From the NCBI RefSeq assembly GCF_006345805.1, contig NW_021832868.1, forward strand, positions 28,793 to 92,792: 64,000 nucleotides of DNA, written 5' to 3'. Positions 1 to 10,551 of this stretch are shown here, piece by piece (position 1 is the first letter of the stretch; every line of letters starts with the position of its first letter). This DNA comes from Octopus sinensis (taxonomy: Eukaryota). The notes beneath the pieces were generated by a model. That model saw nothing but the letters and a program-made list of their open reading frames with translations, was not told the origin of the DNA and did no database searches. A program made the translations under genes and the position numbers.

Positions 1-865
1 GCCGAACACTAGATGTAATTAGAGCTAATGGAGGATATAATGGATATTAAATAAATTTGTTCATTTTTTTGGGTTCTGAATTATCAATGAATGGAAAACC
101 GTATAAATATAATATTTTTTAGACAAACTAAAAAATAAAGCAAAACTTTATTTAATGTTTTAAATCGATAGAAGTTATTTTTTAAATATTGTTTCATAGT
201 AAATTCATGAGAAAATGCCTTTTCAATTTTTATTTTTGTTCACTGTATATATTTACTATTTTTTGGGATAATTTAGCTTAAGTAAATAAATTATATTGGA
301 CTAAAAAATATTTTGCCAATGATAGAATAACACAGTATTGCGATATTTTATTTATAATTACTTCTAAACGTTTATTCGTTAATTGTGTTTGAAATTATTT
401 TGAAATTCTTTAAAAAAACTTAACTGGTTGATCTATTGTATTTCGAAAACAATATTACAAAATAACAGCGCATTATTCAAATAATTAATTTAAAGTTAAG
501 AAGTTGGTTTAGGAGTTTCTGCAGTTTTGCGAATCATAAATCCACCAGATGAAATAATAGCTTTCTGAGTTAATTCTTTTAATTCGTCGTCATTTCCAAT
601 TGCAACGACAATGTGACGTGGTTTAATTCTTCTTTTTCCACATTTTACTGCTGTATTTCCAGCAAGTTCAAGCATTTCAGCCACAGCATATTCCAATACT
701 GCGCACATATATACTGCGGCAGGAATTCCTACTCGCATTCGGGTTTCATGACGGAGACACCGGTGAATGCGTCCAACTGGAAACTGTAACCCGGCCCGAA
801 CGGATTTGCTTTTAGCCTTTGACCGTACTTTTCCTCCTTTTCCTCTTGAAGACATTATACTCTGC
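1..865. repeat. Direct segmental duplication of 6002-6864 (Tc1 3' end + spacer + H2A)
   Basis: Near-identical to 6002-6864 (offset 6001, then 6000). Identity stops 10-11 nt upstream of the H2A ATG, where LINE A1 begins. Confidence 0.95.
496..855 (-). CDS. H2A: Histone H2A, divergent (119 aa)
   Basis: [50 protein letters not shown] are H2A signatures. True ATG at 855; the ORF-track extension MFFPQSI comes from the LINE tail. Confidence 0.95.
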   Translation of the reverse strand: MSSRGKGGKVRSKAKSKSVRAGLQFPVGRIHRCLRHETRMRVGIPAAVYMCAVLEYAVAEMLELAGNTAVKCGKRRIKPRHIVVAIGNDDELKELTQKAIISSGGFMIRKTAETPKPTS

Positions 866-3800
866 GGAAAAAACATTATTAGTTAAGGGAGTTAAAAACT
901 AACTAAGTAGACCTTCGGCATCGCTGCCTTTTCAGTCTCCATCTCACACACGCCTCCCTACACACAACCACAGGTTAAGACTTACCGCCTTACCTGCCAT
1001 CCAGAAATAATCTTCTCTAGGACCTCAGAGAGGCCTTTGAGAGATGATTCCTGGGCGTCGGAGAGCTCAGTCCGGAATCCTAAGCCATAGGCTAGCCTTA
1101 TGGCTCGTCTTCTTACTTTTTTAAGCACGTCAACATGCTTATCCCTGTCCTCATAGAGGTACCAAGCGTGGACGCCATAGGTCAAGACGGGTAACACCAT
1201 GGCGTTAAACACGCGGAACCAGGCACCTCTGCTCAAGCGGAAAGCACGCAACGCACCTAATCGCTGCATTGCACGCATTTTCGTACGTGCAATGTGATCA
1301 TCAAACTTACCGGACGGCTTAAAGAGCACGCCCAAATAAGTCATCCGATCAACTGCAGCGATTGCTGACCCGCTCAGCAATAACCTAGGAACAAAATTAG
1401 TGTAACCCCTCGTCCTTTTACAGACTTTAAGGACACTGCACTTGTCCGCGCACATTCTCAGACCCCTACTCCCACACCAGTTTGCAAGTCCATCCACAGC
1501 AACCTGAAGCCTACGACACGCACACTCGGTTTCATTGAGTGATCCCAGAGGATAATGTCGTCTGCATAGATTACCATTTCAGTACGAGCATTGACTGGCA
1601 TAGGCGCAGTGGCCATAAACACATTGAATAGTGTCGGACTGAGCACAGAGCCCTGAGGGACCCCGCGAAGGACTGTTGCGACTTTAGAAAAGACCCCCTG
1701 ATGCCGCACGACCTGCCTGCGAGATTCAAGAAACCCCGACAGCCAGCGCCTTAGACACGGAGAAACCCCACACGTGGCAAGGGAACTCCGGAGGCCGTCG
1801 TGCCACACCGAGTCGAAGGCCTTTTCAATGTCGAGACTAACTAAAATACCGCATTCCCTTTTCTGGAGGGCGTTCTTCATACCAGACGACACCTTGTGAA
1901 GGCAGTCCCCGCATGAGCGGCCCTCCCTGAAGCCCCATTGGAACTCAGGGAGGGCGTCTGCAACCATCAGCTCCTCCAGGAGCCTTTGGTGCATAATTCT
2001 TTCTAGGATTTTAGATATTGCGGGGAGCAAGGAAATGGGCCTATATCCCCCGGGGACATCATGTGGCTTCCCGGGCTTTCCGATAAGGATTACCTCAGCC
2101 ACTTTCCACCTGGAGGGAATCATCCCAAGTCGCAAGCTCCCGTTAAATAAAACCTTTAGTGCAGTGATTAACCGCGGCGGGGCCTTCTTAAAGATGGCCA
2201 TCGGGATCCGATCCAAACCCGCCGCGGTGTTCTTACTTCGGGAGATTGCTGCCAGAATCTCCGCTTCAGTAATTTCGCCTGCATCGTTCCTTGATATGCC
2301 CAGCTGGCAGCGCTTGTCCCACGACAATATCTGCTGGACAGTATCAAAGGACGATGTCTCTACGAACTGACCTCCGTCAGTTCCCGAGATGCCATTGAGA
2401 TGGGCTGAAAGTATTTCAACCACCTCAACCGGGTCCGAAGCGAGGTTTCCATCAGAGCGTTTAAGGCGCACTGACTTAGCCCCCCTTCTCCCCGACAGGC
2501 TCTTCAACTGCTTCCAGAAGTCCGGAAAGCGAGGGTCCACCCTTCGGCAGGCCCTCTCCCACCGCGAACTTTCGAGTTCGCGGATTTCTCTTCGGATCTC
2601 CCTCTGAAGCCGGCTAATCCAGCCACGAAACCAAACACGGTTCTCCTCGTAAATGCATTTGTCCCGTAGTCTGGATAGCCGGCGCTTGAACCTAATTTTA
2701 TTTAAGATCCGGTGAGGGAGCGTGGAATGTGACTGACCCTGCACTGAGTTCTGTTTGAAATTATCTCGCATGTAATCAGTCAGGGCAGCATTGATTCCAT
2801 TATCAAGCGCCTCCAACTCACGTATGTTGGCGCAGGTATTCCCCACCAGAAGTGAGGGCAACCTGCTGGCCATGAAACTCTCCAGGTTAGCCCAGGAACC
2901 CACCCGGAGGTCAAAGTATCCTGGGACCCTTTGAGGAACTGGCTCACGGAGTTCGTGCAATAGAGGCAGATGGTCGCTCCCAATATCGGGCAATAAAATA
3001 GTTTTACTAACCCAATTTAGAAGACCGGGACTGACCAGAGCAAGCCCTAGCCAGTCACGTCCTCCCCTCGCGTCGACGTGGTTTGGCTCGCTCGAAGTCC
3101 GGATTTCCAGCCCGAGGTCTTCAACCAGCGTCTTCAGAGCCAAACCATGCGAGTTGGTTACCCTGAAACCAAGATCTTGATGCTTGGCATTCAGGTCCCC
3201 AACAACCATGGCCTTCGGATGCTTTTCAAAGAACTCCCGTACGTGCCAGGAGCACGCCGTAAAGTTCTTCGAGTACATCCCACCTAGGTAAAATGTTAAC
3301 TCGCCTATGCGAATTCTCACTTGGAGGAATTCACACAAGCTACATGAACATATACCTGGACTCTGCAAGGCAAGGTAGGGCTTGTAGAAGAGGCTAGTTC
3401 CTGTGCCACATATTGACCCCTGTTTCCAGGGTATGTGACGACAGTTGTAGCCATCAACTACGTACGGACCCCCCTTTACCTTCGTTTCGTTGACCACCAG
3501 AATGTCCGCACTCGTGGTGGCCAACATCCTCTGAACGGCGTCCCTTTTTCCTTCCAAGGAACGCGCGTTCACCGATATGATGTTGAGCATCATATCGGTT
3601 CTTCGCCAAGGATCTTCTTGGCCTCGGCAACGTTGCAGTGTAGCATTTCCTCTACACTGCAATTCATCTCCCTACAAAATTTTAATAGGGAAACGCATAA
3701 TTGCACCGCAGGACTAATACTGTCCTGCGGTACACGCTCGCCAGGGGCTGAGTGCAATGGCATCTCCACGTATGGAGGACGCCTTTTCAGCCCCAGGTTG

Positions 3801-5324
3801 TGCCGGACGGCGCCGCCGTTAGCCGCCTCAGAAGGCATTGCCGGCTTAGGCAACCAAGCGGACTCGGAAGCTTTCACCTGCTTTGCCAACTTTGTCGGCG
3901 AAGGCTGCACCGACCCACACGTAGCATGGCTCACAGGTTCCACTGTCTTCGCCACCCAAACGGATTTGGAAGGTTTGGCCAGTATCGCCTGCTTGCCAGG
4001 TTTTGGCGCAGGGTGCGCGACGCGACGCGGGCGACTTACTGTTGGGATTACATCCCCACCTACCTTTCGGGTTGCCTCCTTGAACTTGGGGCAACCTCTG
4101 AAGTTGGCAGTGTGTCCCAACTTACCACAGTTGACACACTGCCTCTCCTTGGATGGTGAGGGGCACGTCTTGCGACCATGCTCCCCACCGCAAATAAGGC
4201 ACTTCGCCTTATCCGGGCACTTTGTGGAGATGTGCCCGAACCCCTGACACCGAAAGCATTGGGTGGCTTTCGGGCGGGGCCAGGCAGCTCTCATCCTAAT
4301 GTAGCCGATCCTAGTACCCAGAAGTACTAGGCGCTCGGCTTCCGCAGGAGATCCCAGGATGACCTCCACCACTTCAAGAGGGCGGTTACCCTGCTTGAAG
4401 CGTGCAAGGGCAGAGGCACTGGGGTACTCCCGCTGTATGTGTCCTAAAAGGTCATTATCCTCGAAGTCCCGGGGGACCCCGAGGAGCAGGACTCTTACCT
4501 GCCTTACCTTTTGTTCAATCCTGACAAGCCGATGCATGCCAGGACCGAACGGGCTGGACTTCTCCAGCTCTCCTTTAAAGCTGAAGAAGTCCTCCTCCTT
4601 CTCCCACCCAAGCAGGAATTGGGTGGGCTCCCTCTTCAGGACTCTATACAGCTTTGAAGGCTGGATAGAGTCTAACGTACCTAAGATCTTTATGACCGAG
4701 GCCTTCCCACTTGTAGGGAGGACCTCAAGTCGTGCCACAGCACCGAAGGTAATTCTGCCCCCGGCGCCAGTGGTCTTCTTTGGGTGTGCATCCACCTGAT
4801 CGGACACACACCCAGTACCTAAAACATTAGGGGGGGTTGGACGGCCAGCCGCACGTTTGGGTTTCCCCACCGTGTACCAACCGTCCTCAAGGGCAACCTT
4901 ATTTCCTGCCGTACCCACCGGACGGCCTCAGGAGACGACACCCTGTTGGCATTAATTGACTTACCTAGGCTGGGTTTGGCACCACTAGACAAACCGCAAA
5001 CACGTGGCGAACCAGCATGCTGTGCGGTTGTCGTGGCTACCAAACAATTAGTACCTGTTGCAGCTGCTGCTCCCCCGACACCAGCCAAAGGGGCAGCAGA
5101 GGAGAAGAGTCTTCAGTGAGTGCTGAACCCATCTGGGAGGGTCCAGGCTTCGACCTCCTGCTTTGACCTAAAGAATTAAAAACACCACTAGAATAGCCGG
5201 AAGCACGTGGCGGTGAACCACGGCTCCGGCAGTTCATCGTAGTGGCACACTGAACCGTCTTGTCCTCCGGGGAGTGCGAAGCGGGAACGCCTCCACTTCT
5301 GCATAGTCTTCTTAGTGCAGACAG
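866..5324 (-). mobile_element. Non-LTR retrotransposon family A, copy A1 (full length; APE-RT with CCHC-knuckle ORF1, Jockey/I-like group)
   Basis: ORF1 with three CCHC-type knuckles, ORF2 with APE and RT, and a 3' UTR shared with the copy at 24434-24554. 3' end abuts H2A -10; 5' end is continuous with H3 codons 1-28. Confidence 0.95.
982..3593 (-). CDS. LINE A1 ORF2, APE endonuclease + reverse transcriptase (870 aa after repairing one 1-nt deletion near 1530)
   Basis: APE motifs NARSL, VVNETK, GDLNAKH, GSDHLP; RT motifs YRPISLL, FQWGFR, DIEKAFDSV, GVPQGSVLSP, YADD. 2612 nt versus 2613 for the intact B1 ORF2. Confidence 0.93.
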
Positions 5325-5408
5325 CTTGCGAGCAGATTTTGCAGACAACTGTTTCCTTGGTACTTTTGCACCAGTAGATTTTCGAGCCGTTTGTTTTGTT
5401 CTAGCCAT
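3590..5408 (-). CDS. LINE A1 ORF1 (gag-like nucleic-acid chaperone) initiating at a histone H3 ATG; ~606 aa in consensus
   Basis: CFRCQGFGHISTKC, CLICGGEHGRKTC, CVNCGKLGH knuckles. Two 1-nt C-run deletions (near 5100 and 4920) are intact in copy A2, giving one frame from MARTKQ to EEPI*. Confidence 0.85.
5325..5408 (-). other. H3: Histone H3 5' segment (codons 1-28) fused to LINE A
   Basis: MARTKQTARKSTGAKVPRKQLSAKSARK; H3 homology stops after K27. Confidence 0.95.
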
Positions 5409-5431
5409 ATTTTTTTTTTATTTCAGACAGG

Positions 5432-6051
5432 ACCTATGCCAAACATGCAATATGCTCTCGAAATATTTTGGGAGCGAGTTATTTTAAGTGATGAAAGTAA
5501 ATTTAATATGTAAAATAGTGATGTAAGAACTTTAGTATCGAGAAATCGCAAGGAAAAATATTTAACAAACAATCTTACAAAAACAGTAAAATTCGGTAAA
5601 GGAACTATCATGAACTATCATGCCATAATCAATATTGGATTTATTAATTTGGTTTTGATAAAAGAGAAGATTGGTGGAGCTTTGCATGTTAACATATTAA
5701 CGAATAATATGATCATTTCTGAACAAAATCAAACATAAAGATCCTAGTTTCCAACAAGACAATGATCTGAAACATACTTCGGCAATAGCAAAGAGCTTTT
5801 TTTCAAGTAAATAATATCGAATTACTACTATGGCCAACACAAAGCCCAGATTTAAACCCTATAGATAATGTTTGGGCCTTTATTAAAGAAAAAATCAAAA
5901 GAAGAGATTTTTGAAAAAAGAACATTTATTTGCAAAAATATCATCCATTTGGAATTAACTCAAAATAGAATACGCAAAAAGTCTTATTAATAGCATGCCA
6001 GGCCGAACACTAGATGTAATTAGAGCTAATGGAGGATATAATGGGTATTAA
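5432..6051 (+). pseudogene. Tc1/IS630-type transposase remnant
   Basis: WERVILSDESKFN, TVKFGKG, FQQDNDLKH, WPTQSPDLNPIDNVW, SMPGRTLDVIRANGGYNGY*, with stops and frameshifts; 5' part is replaced by the A1 junction. Confidence 0.88.
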
Positions 6052-6495
6052 ATAAATTTGTTCATTTTTTTGGGTTCTGAATTATCAATGAATGGAAAAC
6101 CGTATAAATATAATATTTTTTAGACAAACTAAAAAATAAAGCAAAACTTTATTTAATGTTTTAAATCGATAGAAGTTATTTTTTAAATATTGTTTCATAG
6201 TAAATTCATGAGAAAATGCCTTTTCAATTTTTATTTTTGTTCACTGTATATATTACTATTTTTTGGGATAATTTAGCTTAAGTAAATAAATTATATTGGA
6301 CTAAAAAATATTTTGCCAATGATAGAATAACACAGTATTGCGATATTTTATTTATAATTACTTCTAAACGTTTATTCGTTAATTGTGTTTGAAATTATTT
6401 TGAAATTCTTTAAAAAAACTTAACTGGTTGATCTATTGTATTTCGAAAACAATATTACAAAATAACAGCGCATTATTCAAATAATTAATTTAAAG

Positions 6496-6854
6496 TTAAG
6501 AAGTTGGTTTAGGAGTTTCTGCAGTTTTGCGAATCATAAATCCACCAGATGAAATAATAGCTTTCTGAGTTAATTCTTTTAATTCGTCGTCATTTCCAAT
6601 TGCAACGACAATGTGACGTGGTTTAATTCTTCTTTTTCCACATTTTACTGCTGTATTTCCAGCAAGTTCAAGCATTTCAGCCACAGCATATTCCAATACT
6701 GCGCACATATATACTGCGGCAGGAATTCCTACTCGCATTCGGGTTTCATGACGGAGACACGGTGAATGCGTCCAACTGGAAACTGTAACCCGGCCCGAAC
6801 GGATTTGCTTTTAGCCTTTGACCGTACTTTTCCTCCTTTTCCTCTTGAAGACAT
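6496..6854 (-). CDS. H2A: Histone H2A, second copy (1-nt deletion near 6750; pseudogene or assembly error)
   Basis: Identical to 496-855 except GACACCGG > GACACGG. Confidence 0.9.
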
Positions 6855-7022
6855 TATACTCTGCTAACTATTTTTTGTTTACATAATAAAAAAATGGCAT
6901 TCCGAAATTTCGTTGAAGATTTTTTTCGGAATGGTCCTTTTTTGCATCAGTCGAAAAAAATTTGGCAATGATACTTTTTTTGCATAGGTTGAAAATAGTG
7001 TTTATTTAGAGAATTTTTCCTA
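6855..7022. promoter_or_regulatory. Bidirectional H2A-H4 promoter (168 bp)
   Basis: Lies between divergent ATGs. Carries ATTCCG/CGGAAT and (G)CAATGATACTTTTTTTGCAT motifs that recur upstream of other histone genes. Confidence 0.75.
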
Positions 7023-7463
7023 ATGTCTGGACGTGGTAAAGGTGGCAAAGGAGGAAAGAGTGGTGCAAAACGATTTCGAAAGATATTAATTGACAATATA
7101 CAAGGAATTACTAAGCCAGCAATAAGAAGACTATGTCGAAGAGGAGGTGTTCGAAGAATTTCTGGAAAAATTCATGCAATTACAAGACTGTCTCGAGGAG
7201 GACCTCTTCCCAACGAAAAGGTTCCTGATGCGGACGGTTGGCATACCGTGGGGAAACCCAAACGTGTTGCCAGCCGTTTTTAATAGTTTAGGTACTGGGT
7301 GTGTGTCTGCGCAGGTAGATGCACACCCAAAGAAGACTGCTCGCGCCGGGGGTAGAATTACCTTCGGCGTGGTGGCTAGAGAGGTCTAGTGGCCTCGGGC
7401 AAAAAGGCCTCGGTCATAAAGATCCTGGGGACGCTTGACTCTATACAGCCATCTAGGCGGTAT
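7023..7463 (+). mobile_element. Histone H4 codons 1-50 (7023-7172) fused in frame to the 5' end of LINE family B ORF1 (7173-7463)
   Basis: H4 ...[10 protein letters not shown] continues as [21 protein letters not shown], homologous to A ORF1 DGWYTVGKPKR. 7426-7463 matches the B1 sequence at 14428-14464. Confidence 0.9.
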
Positions 7464-8455
7464 GACTCGAATGAAGTTCGTTTTATTGACTCGACAGAAA
7501 AATTCGGAAATTATAGCATTTCTTAAGGATGGTGAAATGCCAGATGAAGTGACTCAGAATCAGAATGAGTCAAATTTCAGGAGAACGGCATCATTATTCA
7601 GATTGTCGGACTCCAAAAATGACATTTTTTACTTCAAAACTTCGGGAATCTTACTACGTACCTTTGCTCTCGAGGAAGTAGAAGAAAAGAAACTTTTTAT
7701 TGAAAATCTCCATTTAAAAAATGGACATCCAGGTCAAGACAAGCTGCTTTTTCTCCTTAAAGATACTGTTTATGGGTCTTGTCGGAATGAGGTTATGTCA
7801 GTCCTCAAATCATGCTGCCAATGTCAGGCGAGAAAGCTTATGAACACCAGACCTGTAATTAAGCCAATAAGAGCCTATAGCGTGAGAGAAAGGTATCACT
7901 ATTCAGTCTAATGTTAGATATATTTTTGATCTAATCGATTTACGTCATTATGCTCATGAGAACGAAAATTACGCGTGGCTTTTGGTTGGCCTCGATTCAT
8001 TCTCAAAGTTTTGTTGGACGTCACCGTCATTGTCCAAATCAGCTATGGAAGTGTCTAAAGCAATAAATAAAATAATATTAATTTTTGGAAAACCATTAAT
8101 TCTTCATATGGACAATGGGAAGGAATTTGTCAACGAAAGGATTTCCCGATTGTGCGATGAGTACAAGATAAAGCACGTGAGAGGTCGTGCAAGGTGCCCT
8201 TGGGTGCAGGGGCAGATGGAAAGACTAAACCAATCTCTGAAATATATGTTGTCCTCCACCTGTTTGTCTGAAAACCTCTATTATAAATGGATTTCGATTA
8301 TAGACCGGATAACCAGTTCATATAACTCACCCATTTGGCAACTCGATGCAATAGAATGCATAATTCCGAGTAAACAAGGCGACATAACGAAATTGTTAAA
8401 TGCATACACATGCACCTATGCAGAAAATTTGGATTCAAAAAATCAAAAAGGTTAA
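7462..8455 (+). mobile_element. Gypsy-like integrase (Ginger/TDD-type transposase) with a 25-nt intron at 7893-7917; C-terminus truncated
   Basis: HHCC zinc finger (HLKNGH..CCQC) and core FDLIDL / LHMDNGKEF / QGQMERLNQSLK. GTATCA..TGTTAG splicing joins the two ORF-track frames (VRER/YIFDLIDL). Confidence 0.85.
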
Positions 8456-8661
8456 AGACTCACTCTATCCAAAGAGTTGACACTACTATCCTTAGTTAAT
8501 TTACTAAATAATTAAGATTAATTTATTCAAGTTTAATGCAACTTGGGTCACTCGTCTTCTGAAAAAGTTAAATTTGTTGACTTAAATAGCAATATCAAAA
8601 AAATGACAAATTGGGAAATTAATTATTTTAAAAATAAAATGAATAACAACGTCATTAAGAA

Positions 8662-9473
8662 ATGCCAAATCGCATAAAAAAAGCTCATTCGAAGCGTAAA
8701 GAAAAAAAGTAAATTTACAAAAAATAACACTTATAGATGAATTAAAACACAACACTGATCACCAACCCGTAATAGCGACCACTCCAATGCAGTTAAGCAT
8801 TATTGAACTCCAAAAACAAGCCCGTAAACAGATGACCGTACAGGAGAAACTTCTGGAAGTAGTGGACAGTTTTGACGTTCTGTCCCAATCAGAGGCCAAC
8901 TACTTAGTCCTAGACCAGAAATTACTTGACAGAGCTAAAATAATCGAAAATCCACCAACATATGCCCCTTCAGAACACAGCCTTAGTCTTGAATCTATCG
9001 AAGCTCCAATTCAAAGAAAGCCTTACAAACCTTATGTTAAACCACATTCAACAAGCGCGTTTATACTTTCCTCAATTATATTTAGTATAATTTGTATGTT
9101 TATATTTTAGCTGTAATCGCACTTTTGGTTCACCATAACGCATTCAGACCACAAATGAACGACATTAAGCCTATTGAACAGCTTTGTGAAAAAATGTCTC
9201 CACATATATTGATCACAAATAACCAAGTGAATGTCACATATATGAAGGCTCTGAATGTCGGATAATTGGAATATGAGACTTCAGATGTCAACGAACTTAG
9301 TTATTTTATTAAATATAAAAAATGTCGGAATATTTGGACCTGGATATTTTCTTGTTAATAGAAATGATAAAGAGGGAACAAACTACATAATGCATAGATT
9401 TATTGGAAAATATGAATATCCGATGGAATTTGTGGAAATAGTTTGCAACAAATATTTGTTGCCTTTTAAGTAA
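8662..9473 (+). CDS. Putative multi-exon gene for a small membrane protein, function unknown
   Basis: ORFs 8787-9110 and 9255-9473 can be joined through candidate 26- and 28-nt GT-AG introns; one hydrophobic segment (AFILSSIIF). The 5' exon frame is unresolved. Confidence 0.3.
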
Positions 9474-9569
9474 ATTACTTTTTGATGTAAAAATAAATTT
9501 ATCTGAAAAATTATCTTTTATAAATACAGATAAGCTGTTTTTAATCCAAATATTTTTTTTGACTTTAAA

Positions 9570-9800
9570 TCAGTTCGACTCTTTCGAGCAACCATCTTGT
9601 TGTATAGGCGTCAAAAATAATTCAGTACCAGTCTGTTCCATGCTCGTCCATGCCCCTCTGTTGCGGGCGAAATCCCGCAAAGATTTTAGGTCGTCCCAGT
9701 TTTTGAAACTTTTGTCATGAAGTTTGAGATCCCTTTCAAGAACTGTGTGTGATGACATGGGATGAACTGGTCACCAAATACCACAAGCGGTACTTAAGAC
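9570..9800 (-). pseudogene. RTE-like LINE 3' remnant downstream of H4
   Basis: LERDLK..LKSLRDFARNRGAW resembles the C-terminus of the RTE fragment at 30127-30669. Duplicated at ~19620-19790. Confidence 0.55.
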
Positions 9801-10390
9801 AGTTGGATGTAGATAAGTCTCTACAGGCTTATATACAGTCAGCCCTTTCCTGACGTTTAGTCAGCAAGAGGCGCTAGACTGCACCTTCTCGAAGGTCTAC
9901 AGTGCCAGAGAAGAAAAGGAAGAAAAAGAGGAGGTGCGTGGAGTGCCACCTTCTGCTCACTTCGAAGGCTCTGGACTTAGTAAAATTACTTAGTTTCTTT
10001 TTTTAATAAAGCTAGTTAGTATATTTATGAAATTGCTAATTTTTATCTGGTTAATTTGTAAGGAATATCAATGTATTTTATTAAAAAAATTATGTATAAT
10101 TTATCCACCAAATCCGTAAATTGTCCTACCTTGACGTTTCAAGGCATTAACAACGTCCATTGCGATAACAGTTTTTCTTTTGGCATGCTCAGTGTAAGAA
10201 ATACAATCACGAACAGTTTGCTCAATAAAAATCTTAAGGACAGAACGTGTCTCCTCGTAAATTTTTCCAGAAATTCTTCGAACACCCCCTCTTCGACATA
10301 GTCTTCTTATTGCTGGCTTAGTAATTCCTTGTATATTGTCAATTAATATCTTTCGAAATCGTTTTGCACCACTCTTTCCTCCTTTGCCCC
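9720..10390. repeat. Inverted segmental duplicate of ~19040-19790 (H4 + 3' flank + RTE remnant)
   Basis: Near-identical reverse complement. Confidence 0.9.
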
Positions 10391-10406
10391 TTACCACGTC
10401 CAGACT
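10101..10406 (-). CDS. H4: Histone H4 (start codon damaged, CCTAATGTCT > CCTAGTCT, plus small indels)
   Basis: [48 protein letters not shown]. Confidence 0.9.
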   Translation of the reverse strand, partial: SLDVVRGKGGKSGAKRFRKILIDNIQGITKPAIRRLCRRGGVRRISGKIYEETRSVLKIFIEQTVRDCISYTEHAKRKTVIAMDVVNALKRQGRTIYGFGG

Positions 10407-10551
10407 AGGAAAAATTCTCTAAATTGGAAAATTTTTATTTAATAATTAATTAGAGAGGCTGTTAGTGAGGTAACATAAGGAGACCTTCGGCATTCCTGCG
10501 TTTTCGGTCCAGCACACACGCTCGCCTCTCTACACAACCACAGGTTAGGAC

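Noticed and set aside
856-876. MFFPQSI extension of H2A
   Set aside because: Derived from the LINE A1 tail; absent in the second H2A copy.
909-938. Hammerhead ribozyme resemblance (CTGAAAA..stem..GAAG)
   Set aside because: Core differs from CUGAnGA/GAAA, B has CCGA, and the fold is a two-way hairpin rather than a three-way junction.
3594-3662. MQCRGNATLQ... N-terminal extension of A ORF2 in the ORF track
   Set aside because: Overlaps the end of ORF1 and is absent in B; the APE domain starts at the ATGATG overlap.
3435-4247. Long antisense ORFs over LINE ORF1/ORF2 (also 13204-14025, 11345-11941, 36896-37708)
   Set aside because: Shadow frames of GC-rich coding sequence with no motifs. The A-type frame is open in A1 and the chimera but broken in A2 and B2.
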